The notes below the pieces were generated by a model. The model searched no databases, was not told where the DNA came from, and saw nothing but the letters and a program-made list of their open reading frames with translations. The position numbers and the translations under genes were made by a program. Below, piece by piece: positions 1-7,352 of a stretch of 15,824 nt of DNA; within the stretch, counting starts at the first letter, position 1; every line of letters starts with the position of its first letter. Source of the stretch: Nitrososphaeraceae archaeon. Its GTDB lineage: Archaea; Thermoproteota; Nitrososphaeria; Nitrososphaerales; Nitrososphaeraceae. The stretch lies in NCBI GenBank assembly GCA_035250975.1, contig DATFEP010000011.1, positions 1-15,824 on the forward strand, written 5' to 3'.

Positions 1-17
1 CATTTACTGGACATGCT
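1..17 (+). repeat. 17-bp terminal direct repeat, left copy (CATTTACTGGACATGCT)
   Basis: Identical to 15808..15824. Confidence 0.97.
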
Positions 18-883
18 TCAATACAAGCGCCGTCTCCTATACAAATATCAAAGTCAACACATACACTATCTCCCCATATTCCCAACTGTCCTGGTGCATC
101 TACAGGTCCCCAGACCGTTATTCCCTTGAATTTACCTGTTGTTTTACGTTTAGTTTTAAAGGAGGTATCTATTGGACCATCTACTTTTGAATAACTTGTT
201 CCCGAACCGGTAAGCGAGATTGACGTATCAGCATCTCTTGATGAAATCCCGGCTGGAGCAGCAGCGGATATAGAAGGTTGTGGGTAGGAGGTAACAATTT
301 CCTGAGATGAAACCGAAGCACCTGCTGGTGGTGGTGGAGGATTAAGGCTCCTGGTTTTTGGATTGATAGTCAGAGGAGTCAATTCACCCAACTTTTCTAT
401 AGATTTTTCAAGTGATAGTCTTTCAATTTTTTGATAATAAGAAATTAGCTTATCACCAATAGAAGAATTTCGTAGGATTGTATCTATTACCATTTTTGCA
501 TTATGATCAGCCTTCTGTCGATAATTCTTTATCCAATACACATCTCCAAATGTCTCTATAGGTCTGATTTGGTAAATTATATCGATTACCTCGCCGGTTA
601 CAATTTCTACTACAATATCAAGATCTGCAGAAACCGGTTTTGCAGTAATAGGGTCAACATCGTTTTCTTTCCAAGTATATTTAACATAGATTCTATCAGC
701 ATATCTATCTATATTAAATCCATTTTTCTTGATTTCGTTTGCTATATTGGTAATTGTTGATTCATCTGTTAAGTTAACGGGTAACCTATAGAGTCCCAAT
801 CTATAGCTATGGGTAGGATAAACACCTCTTTTTGCCACATCAGATAACATTGTCCACACCCTATCCCTCAATAAGACAGACAT
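1..883 (-). CDS. 5' part of a ferredoxin-domain protein: ~170-aa N-terminal domain, Pro/Ser/Ala linker, Zfx-like dicluster ferredoxin. Runs off the left edge and continues at 15807..15671 (339 aa if joined)
   Basis: Hand translation from ATG at 883 (in-frame TAG upstream at 896-898) is open to position 1: MSVLLRDRVWTMLSDVAKRGVYPTHSYRLGLYRLP...LNPPPPPAGASVSS...VWGPVDAPGQLGIWGDSVCVDFDICIGDGACIEACPVN. Absent from the ORF track because its stop is not reached on this side. Confidence 0.9.
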   Translation of the reverse strand, partial: MSVLLRDRVWTMLSDVAKRGVYPTHSYRLGLYRLPVNLTDESTITNIANEIKKNGFNIDRYADRIYVKYTWKENDVDPITAKPVSADLDIVVEIVTGEVIDIIYQIRPIETFGDVYWIKNYRQKADHNAKMVIDTILRNSSIGDKLISYYQKIERLSLEKSIEKLGELTPLTINPKTRSLNPPPPPAGASVSSQEIVTSYPQPSISAAAPAGISSRDADTSISLTGSGTSYSKVDGPIDTSFKTKRKTTGKFKGITVWGPVDAPGQLGIWGDSVCVDFDICIGDGACIEACPVN

Positions 884-899
884 TTTATAGAATATCTAG

Positions 900-925
900 A
901 AAAGAAAAAACCTAAAAGGGTTTCG
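900..925 (-). terminator. Possible terminator: short hairpin plus U-tract after the 930..1238 ORF
   Basis: Minus strand reads AAACCC-TTTT-AGGTTT followed by TTTTCTTTT directly after the stop at 930. Confidence 0.3.
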
Positions 926-929
926 CTTG

Positions 930-1238
930 TCAATCATCAGGACAGGTCAATTCTCTTATTGCTTTATATTTTTTTTCTAGTTCTTCCGCGAAATTTACAA
1001 CATAATCTATTTGAAATCTTTCCAGTGGAAAGTACCATCTGATTGGGACTTTATGTCCAATACCATCCATGTCATAAATGAGCCCGTTCTCAACATCAAC
1101 TGAATGTATTTCATCTTTTTTGATTTCTTTTGGTACCAATCCTCTTTTTGTCCTATCTTCCAGAATGAGAATCTCGCCATCTTTTTTCTTAAAAATGGCA
1201 TAAAACTGACCTTTTTTGACTATATTTTTATCATCCAT
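930..1238 (-). CDS. Hypothetical protein (102 aa), probably co-transcribed with the rhodanese
   Basis: ATG start, natural charged composition, 38 bp downstream of the rhodanese on the same strand. No motif recognised. Confidence 0.75.
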   Translation of the reverse strand: MDDKNIVKKGQFYAIFKKKDGEILILEDRTKRGLVPKEIKKDEIHSVDVENGLIYDMDGIGHKVPIRWYFPLERFQIDYVVNFAEELEKKYKAIRELTCPDD

Positions 1239-1276
1239 TTACATTTCCTTTTTTATTTTAAGTTAACATTAATTTC

Positions 1277-2128
1277 TTATTTTTCTATTGGGTTTCCTAT
1301 CATGTTTCCCCATTCTGTCCATGAACCATCATAGTTACTTACTGAAGGATATCCAAGTAAATATTTCAATACAAACCAACTATGTGATGAGCGTTCACCA
1401 ATCCTGCAATAGCAGATTACCTCTTTATCAGGCGTTACACCCTTATCTCGGTAAAGTTTATTCAGTTCATCTGGTGTCTTGAATGTACCATCATCATTTA
1501 CCGCTTGAAGCCATGGAATATTTTTAGCTCCTGGAATGTGACCGCTTCTTTGAGCATGTTCCATTGGATACTCTGGTGGAGCAGATATTTCGCCATTAAA
1601 TTCCTTGGGAGAACGTACATCAACAAGCACTGTTTCGACTTTTTCAAGCGATCTTCTAACATCAAATAGATAAGAGCGTATTCCTTCATCCGGAGGATCG
1701 GAAACATAATTTGAAGGCGGTACAGAAGGTTCTTCAGTAGTATAATTTCTATTTTCTAATTCCCATTTCTTTCTACCACCATTCATTAATTTTATTTTCT
1801 TGTGTCCATAATATTGAAATACCCAAAAAGCGAATGCCGCGAACCAATTATTAAAATCACCATATAGGACAAGAGTATCGCCTTTAGAAACTCCTATTCT
1901 AGACATTAATGATTCAAATTGCTTTTTATTAATAATATCTCTCCTAGTTTGATCATTGATGTCTTTTTTCCACCAAACCATGTGCGCACCATGAATGTGA
2001 CCACTTTTATAGGCATTTTCAACATCATAATCAACTTCCAAAATCTTTATTTCTGGATTATCCAAATTGTTCGCAACCCATTCTGTTTCGCAAAGCACCT
2101 CTGGATCAAAATATTTGACATTATTCAT
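1277..2128 (-). CDS. Thiosulfate sulfurtransferase (two-domain rhodanese, CysA/SseA type)
   Basis: Motifs Y..GHIHGA, LMNGGRKKW, DVRSPKEFNG, SGHIPGA, active-site loop YCRIGERS and C-terminal YDGSWTEW. Start placed at ATG 2128 (MNNVKY) rather than TTG 2185. Confidence 0.95.
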   Translation of the reverse strand: MNNVKYFDPEVLCETEWVANNLDNPEIKILEVDYDVENAYKSGHIHGAHMVWWKKDINDQTRRDIINKKQFESLMSRIGVSKGDTLVLYGDFNNWFAAFAFWVFQYYGHKKIKLMNGGRKKWELENRNYTTEEPSVPPSNYVSDPPDEGIRSYLFDVRRSLEKVETVLVDVRSPKEFNGEISAPPEYPMEHAQRSGHIPGAKNIPWLQAVNDDGTFKTPDELNKLYRDKGVTPDKEVICYCRIGERSSHSWFVLKYLLGYPSVSNYDGSWTEWGNMIGNPIEK

Positions 2129-2223
2129 TAAAATCTCAATAGATCTTTTATCTATTAAAACATATTGAAAAATATTAAAAAGCAATTAAACACTTAAATT
2201 ATCATAAAATAAGGTTTTTTAAA

Positions 2224-2317
2224 GGGCCGGTAGTTTAGCCTGGTAGAATACCTGCCTTGCATGCTTTCAAGGTAGAGGAAACGTAGGTGGTCGTGGGTTC
2301 AAATCCCACCCGGTCCA
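2224..2317 (+). tRNA. tRNA-Ala(TGC) with a 20-nt intron in the anticodon loop; CCA not encoded
   Basis: Acceptor stem GGGCCGG/CCGGTCC with the G3-U70 Ala identity pair and A73. D arm GTTT..GAAT. Anticodon stem CCTGC/GTAGG with TGC at 2258-2260. T arm GTGGG-TTCAAAT-CCCAC. Removing 2261-2280 gives a 74-nt tRNA. Confidence 0.93.
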
Positions 2318-2366
2318 CATACAGTTTCTTGTTGCCTTGAATTAAGCGAGCGAATTAGATAACTAA

Positions 2367-3302
2367 TTATTGCTGTCTTTCCATCAATTTGTGTATTATC
2401 TTTTCTGCTATCACATTTGATCCTAGTTCTTGTGCCTCTTTTGTTTGGGCTCCGATATGGGGAGAACAGATAACATTTGGTAAGTTGAGTAATGGACTAT
2501 TTGTAGGGGGTTCATTTTCAAATACATCTAGTGCCGCTCCAGCTATCTTCATATTTACCAATGCATCATACAATGATTTTTCATCAACAACATCGCCACG
2601 TGAAGCGTTGATAAAAAATGCTGACGGTTTCATTCTCGAGAAAAGTGTCTCATTGAACATGTGTTTTGTTTCAGGAGTGGAGGGTACGTGACATGAAATA
2701 AAATCGGAACTTTCTACAAGCGTCTGTAAATCGGTAGTTATCATACCAACTTCTTTAATAAATTGGCGATTTATTGGAATAAGATCATGTCCAATTAAAT
2801 TCATACGAAGGCCTCTGGCTATTCTTCCAAGATTTCTACCTATATTTCCCACTCCAACAATTCCAAGGTATTTGCCTTTTAATTCAGTTCCTTTCAATTC
2901 TTTTTTTAACCAGTTACCCTTTTTCATTTCATTATCTGCTAATAATATGTTTCTAGATAATAATAACATAAAGCCTATAACCAATTCAGATACTGCATTT
3001 ATTGCAGATTCTGGGGAATTCACTACTGAGATATTTTTCTGATCGGCTTCATCTATATCAATATTATCTAAACCAACTCCAACTCTTGCAATAACCTTTA
3101 CATTAGTAGCTGCCTGAATTACTTCTTTCGTGATTTTCGTCCTGCTCCTCACAACTAATACATCATATTTGTTAGCTTCTGTAAGTAGCTCAGCCGGAGT
3201 TATGGATGGTTTATTTATCACGTTAAGGCCTCTTTTTGACAAAATTGAAATTCCAATTTCATCAATTGGATCACATATCAATACATTTCCTTGTAATTGC
3301 AC
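2367..3302 (-). CDS. serA: D-3-phosphoglycerate dehydrogenase (short form, no ACT domain) / D-2-hydroxyacid dehydrogenase
   Basis: VVRSRTK, ARVGVGLDNID, GIVGVGNIG (NAD binding), INASRG, LDVFENEP, PHIGAQT.EAQ. GTG start. Confidence 0.88.
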   Translation of the reverse strand: MQLQGNVLICDPIDEIGISILSKRGLNVINKPSITPAELLTEANKYDVLVVRSRTKITKEVIQAATNVKVIARVGVGLDNIDIDEADQKNISVVNSPESAINAVSELVIGFMLLLSRNILLADNEMKKGNWLKKELKGTELKGKYLGIVGVGNIGRNLGRIARGLRMNLIGHDLIPINRQFIKEVGMITTDLQTLVESSDFISCHVPSTPETKHMFNETLFSRMKPSAFFINASRGDVVDEKSLYDALVNMKIAGAALDVFENEPPTNSPLLNLPNVICSPHIGAQTKEAQELGSNVIAEKIIHKLMERQQ

Positions 3303-3392
3303 ATGAAAAATCCTATCATATGCAAATATAATTATTACTTGAAATTATTTATCATCATCGAAACGAAGCATATATTACATTTAAGAAATAGT

Positions 3393-3773
3393 TTATTTGT
3401 TTGAGATTATCTCACCACTAACATGATCAACATAATACGTCTGATTGATTTGAGTTAATTTTATTTCCCAGGCAAAATGGTTACCGGTCGTAACAGTTGG
3501 AGAAGTAATTCCTATAAAATTTCCAATTTTTTTAGTTTTTTCATCTGATAGATACAAATTACCATTCGATTTTAAATAAACAAATTTAGACTGTATGTAG
3601 GTTACCTCATCTTTTGAAAGATTATTTTCTTTTAGAACTATTGATATAGCTGTACTATTTGGAATTGCTTGAAAATTCACAGACGATCTGGTTAAAGAAT
3701 CAATCAGACCGAAATATACCAATAATGCAAAAACTATTCCTATCCCAAGAGATACCGTAAATTTTACTGCCAC
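3393..3773 (-). CDS. Hypothetical membrane-anchored protein with PepSY-like C-terminus
   Basis: N-terminal hydrophobic segment (LGIGIVFALLVYFGLI) and C-terminal WEIKL...YYVDHVSGEII pattern. Confidence 0.7.
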   Translation of the reverse strand: MAVKFTVSLGIGIVFALLVYFGLIDSLTRSSVNFQAIPNSTAISIVLKENNLSKDEVTYIQSKFVYLKSNGNLYLSDEKTKKIGNFIGITSPTVTTGNHFAWEIKLTQINQTYYVDHVSGEIISNK

Positions 3774-3855
3774 AAAAAACCATATTGTAAATATTAATTT
3801 AATTCTAATCTTGAGTTAATAAGATTAATAATGACAATTTACCTTTACTGCAATA

Positions 3856-4341
3856 TTGATCACAGTCGAAGAAAAGCTCAAGGCTCTGGGGATTTCACTT
3901 CCTCCTCCACCTAAACCTGCCGGATCTTATGTTCCTCTAGTTCAAATTAATGATCTTATTTTTGTGTCAGGGCAGATTCCTCTCGACACAAATACTGAAC
4001 CGCCTTATGTAAAATTTAAAGGAAAGATAGGCGAAAATGCAACTTTTGAAGAAGGTCAAACGGCAGCTATTCTTTGCACTCTCAATTCTCTTTCGATATT
4101 AAAGAAGCATTTAAAAAGCTTGGATAAAATAAGACAAGTAGTAAAAGTTTCAGCCTTCATCAACTGTGCACCTACTTTTTCAGATCATCCCAAGGTAATT
4201 AACCCTGCATCCGAAATGCTAGTGAACATATTTCGAGATAAAGGTAAACACACAAGAATCGCTTTAGGTGTTGGAAGTTTACCATTAGATAGCATTGTAG
4301 AAATAGAATACATATTCCAAGTATACTTACAGAAAGAATAG
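3856..4341 (+). CDS. RidA/YjgF/YER057c/UK114 family protein (Rid1-like)
   Basis: EEKLKALGI.LP.PP.PAGSYVP, IFVSGQIP, HPKVINPAS, KHTRIALGVGSLP, VEIE. TTG start. Confidence 0.92.
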   Translation: MITVEEKLKALGISLPPPPKPAGSYVPLVQINDLIFVSGQIPLDTNTEPPYVKFKGKIGENATFEEGQTAAILCTLNSLSILKKHLKSLDKIRQVVKVSAFINCAPTFSDHPKVINPASEMLVNIFRDKGKHTRIALGVGSLPLDSIVEIEYIFQVYLQKE

Positions 4342-4460
4342 GATGTTAGTTTAAAGTATAAAGCAAAAATTTAACTTAAATATTATTATGTCAAAATCCT
4401 CAGGCGTAATAAAGCAAATTCTTAAATAACCTTTTCGAGGATTTTTATTGATACTATAAA

Positions 4461-4916
4461 ATGTACAAACATCTAGCTAAAACTTGGATTAACATGTGGA
4501 AAACCAATAGCGAACAATTAAAATCAAGAGCTATTGGCTGGAGAAGAGAACTTGCTATTCATAGAATTAACAGACCTAGCAGACTTGATAGAGCAAGAAG
4601 ACTGGGATACAAAGCCAAACAAGGGATTATTGTTATTCGTACTAGAGTAGGAAGAGGTGGAATGAGAAAGCAAAGACCGAGAGCTGGAAGAAGACAAAAA
4701 CACAGTGGTGTTGTACGTATCAAACAGGCAATGAATATGCGAATAGTTGCAGAAAGAAGAGTTAATGAAAGGTACCCTAACATGGAAATAATTGGTTCAT
4801 ATTTTCTATACAAAGATGGAAAACATTCATGGTATGAAGTAATTTTAGCTGATCCTAACCATCCATCTGTATCCAACGACAATGAAATGCGTGGAAAATT
4901 AAAGGCTTTTGCGTAG
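4461..4916 (+). CDS. rpl15e: 50S ribosomal protein eL15 (short form)
   Basis: RPSRLDRARRLGYKAKQG, RVGRGG, AERRV..RYPNMEIIGSY, DG.H.WYEVIL.DP.HP. Confidence 0.96.
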   Translation: MYKHLAKTWINMWKTNSEQLKSRAIGWRRELAIHRINRPSRLDRARRLGYKAKQGIIVIRTRVGRGGMRKQRPRAGRRQKHSGVVRIKQAMNMRIVAERRVNERYPNMEIIGSYFLYKDGKHSWYEVILADPNHPSVSNDNEMRGKLKAFA

Positions 4917-4980
4917 GAAAACTAAATTTATTATTTTTGTTTCGTTTATCACAAGATACTAATAAAGATAACACGTATGA

Positions 4981-6216
4981 CTATTTGAGACTGGATCATA
5001 ATTGAATATTCAATGAAATAAGTATCATGCTGCCAACAATAGAAGGATGCAATCAATGGTTATGTCCCTAACTTGTGTTTGATTGCTCTGAGATTATATC
5101 TTTTAGTTTTACAGTTATAATATACATTTATCCGGTATAGCAAGACTGACAATAGTACCGATCCACAAGTCTTATCATATCCTCTTAAAGGTAACGGATC
5201 TCTATCCCAAAAAGAGATATGATATGTTCTATCAGTCGTTTAATTGGCTTTAATTCTCAACGAGTAGATAGTCTTTGCAATATTAGATTGACAAAATTCA
5301 ACTAGTTTGATCCTAACATTAGGTATATTTTCATATCTTTATACTGTGCACTAACTCAGATCCCATATCTGTGCTTATTATACAGTTTATTATCATCAAT
5401 CATATCCAGGATCTGCAGACATATACGATCTTTTGCTGACGATTGTAACTGGTAGACTTAATGTTAATTTATCATACATGTTATTGTCTGCTATGTTGGC
5501 AGTTGTAAAATCTGCTGTTAATGATACAATAATAATAGCAGAACCACCAGTACTTGACGTCAGGTGTAATTTTTATCCAAATATTCAACCCTTTGTATGA
5601 CTAAATCCTCATCTTTAATCTGTATCAATATAAATGCCAGAACGTGATACTACTGCTACGCCTTCAGTTATAAATATAAGATTCGTGCGACATATCCTTT
5701 AGTCTTGATAAGGTACTGTTATCTGTTGAAACAATGTATGGATCAACTAAACTATTTTCTCTCATACAAAAAAGTTCTCTCATAGCAGTAATCCTGTTTT
5801 TTTATATCTCGAAATATTGTAGAGACATCTGTCAAATGTTATTCTACATGGTACTCCTGATAATCCACGCACTTTCATTACCTTTCTTTCTGTTATATTG
5901 CAGATGCATTTCAAGGTATTGATACAATGCTGTTGGAATCTAATCGAAACCATATACATAATGTAAAGCATCTTAATTAAGATAACAGTTAGAGAATAGA
6001 TATATGGTCTGCCACGTCTTTTGTTATTTTTATCTGGTCATGGCCACCTAATTAATCCAGTCAAATACAAAATATGATGAGAATAAATGTTGATCTATTT
6101 TGTGCTGGTTTGTTGGTTAGGATGATTGTTTTTCACCAAAACATCATACTCCAAGAGATAGCTTTATTTCTTGTTAAAATAAAATAAAAAAATAATTATG
6201 ATCCCGCCTCAACTAG
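4981..6216. mobile_element. Decayed insertion sequence (~1.24 kb, DDE_Tnp_1-type, IS5/IS982/IS4 clan) bounded by imperfect 23-bp inverted repeats
   Basis: 4981-5003 CTATTTGAGACTGGATCATAATT versus the reverse complement of 6194-6216 CTAGTTGAGGCGGGATCATAATT (20/23 identical), enclosing transposase remnants. Confidence 0.82.
5060..6136 (-). pseudogene. Transposase pseudogene with multiple stops and frameshifts
   Basis: Minus-strand fragments in the expected order: RRGRPYIYS (~5993-6019), RITFDR, SGIYIDTD*R*GFSHTKG*IFG*KLHLTSSTG (~5546-5640), ADFTTANIADN, YMSADPGYD (~5399-5425), LIEHI, DPLPLRGYDK..VLLSVLLY..VYYNCK, ending LGT* at 5060. The 63-aa ORF at 5780..5971 is one fragment. The 5' boundary is approximate. 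Confidence 0.82.
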
Positions 6217-6603
6217 CTAAAACTTAAGTTTCTCCTGAATTTTTTTTATAATACCATGTAATTCGTCGCTAGATATTTCTCTCTCTATCGTAAGATAATA
6301 GATTAATCCATTCCTCATAAAACTAACAATATTTACTTTGGAGCTCTGTAATAGAATAAGTTCTGTAGGTCCAATAGATTCCTCATAATTTTTTCTTATA
6401 TTGAATATCATTGAGTGAAGAAAAAATTCATTTCTTGCCTCTTCAGGCCTCAATAGTGGAACCAGTCCTGATTTCATCTTGCCAGCAAGCGTTCTACCAA
6501 ATTCGTTAGTGATACACACATAACGCACATTTAAAGATAGTTCAAGCAATTTCTTACAATACTCTCTTAGTTCGATAATTCTGTCATTATTTTTGCTGCT
6601 CAT
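6217..6603 (-). CDS. Roadblock/profilin-like small protein (DUF6659-like, common in Nitrososphaerota)
   Basis: Pattern CKKLLEL..NVRYVCITNEFGRTLAG...GLVPLL..EE and C-terminal beta strands followed by an amphipathic helix. Family assignment is from recall, not a search. Confidence 0.7.
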   Translation of the reverse strand: MSSKNNDRIIELREYCKKLLELSLNVRYVCITNEFGRTLAGKMKSGLVPLLRPEEARNEFFLHSMIFNIRKNYEESIGPTELILLQSSKVNIVSFMRNGLIYYLTIEREISSDELHGIIKKIQEKLKF

Positions 6604-6695
6604 ACTCTTTGTATTAAGAATTAGAATCTAAAATATCTTTGTAAATTTCAGTACGAAAGAAAACATGATGTAAATATGTTAATAATTTAAATCTA

Positions 6696-7352
6696 TTAAT
6701 CATATGAATTGTCGGCTATTTTCTTCAAAATCCCCATTGCATCTAATTCTTTGAGGCTTTGCCTTTGAGTAGAAACGAAATTGTGAAAGTCTTCTATACT
6801 ATCCCTTCTATCGGAATAGAGTTCAATAGATTTGTTAACTATATTTTCGTAACTCCTAAACGGAAAATAAATTTTCTTTGCAGTTCTGGTAATTAACTTC
6901 TTTGTTTCCTTATCAATTATTCCTTTTTTAAAAGCAAGAAATAAATTATATCTTATATCTATCATAGCCTCTGAAAGAAGGTTATAAGAGTTATCAAATG
7001 TTACCGCTACCTCGTCATCTGAATTTATTATATTCTTCTTGAATAGTTCAAAAACTCGTCCATATCCCTTCATTCCAAATTTTTCTAATTCAACTGCGCG
7101 TAAAGCCCCAAGACTCGAGGCGCCGTACACTTGAAAATTATTTTTATTTACTACCTGGAATACTTCTATGGGAGTAGGAGGATAATCTTGTAAGAATACA
7201 CCATCTATTAAAATAATTATCTTTTTTTCTGATATTAAACTTAGTTTAATGAAATCACCTTTTTTGGCAGGAGGTAGAAATTCTGCATTTATTATCTTTC
7301 TTGCTTTTTCTATAGAAAAACTGGGACCCAAAAAAACGACAGGAATGGTCAT
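6696..7352 (-). CDS. tfuA: TfuA-like protein (YcaO partner in thioamide formation)
   Basis: VFLGPS, PPAKKGD, LIDGVF, GASSLGALRAVEL, GMKGYG.VF, DDEVAV, LSEAMIDIR, YFPFRSY, LKELDA. Its start overlaps the ycaO stop (ATGA at 7349-7352). Confidence 0.95.
   Translation of the reverse strand: MTIPVVFLGPSFSIEKARKIINAEFLPPAKKGDFIKLSLISEKKIIILIDGVFLQDYPPTPIEVFQVVNKNNFQVYGASSLGALRAVELEKFGMKGYGRVFELFKKNIINSDDEVAVTFDNSYNLLSEAMIDIRYNLFLAFKKGIIDKETKKLITRTAKKIYFPFRSYENIVNKSIELYSDRRDSIEDFHNFVSTQRQSLKELDAMGILKKIADNSYD

Noticed and set aside
503-760. 85-aa plus-strand ORF from the track
   Set aside because: Antisense shadow of the ferredoxin-domain gene (1..883, minus).
1007-2131. Short ORFs at 1007-1201, 1104-1334, 1288-1482, 1498-1707 and 1919-2131
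   Set aside because: Alternative-frame or antisense overlaps of the 102-aa ORF and the rhodanese, with no motifs.
2252-2274. Alternative reading of the tRNA as Cys(GCA) using stem CTGCC/GGTAG
   Set aside because: It leaves an unexplained insert before the T arm. G3-U70 and A73 indicate Ala, and the Ala reading gives a clean 74-nt cloverleaf.
5546-5640. TGA at positions where Trp is expected in the transposase (R*G, KG*IFG), suggesting TGA=Trp recoding
   Set aside because: The same remnant has in-frame TAA stops and frameshifts, and intact genes here (ycaO, trpS) use TGA as stop. Ordinary decay explains it.
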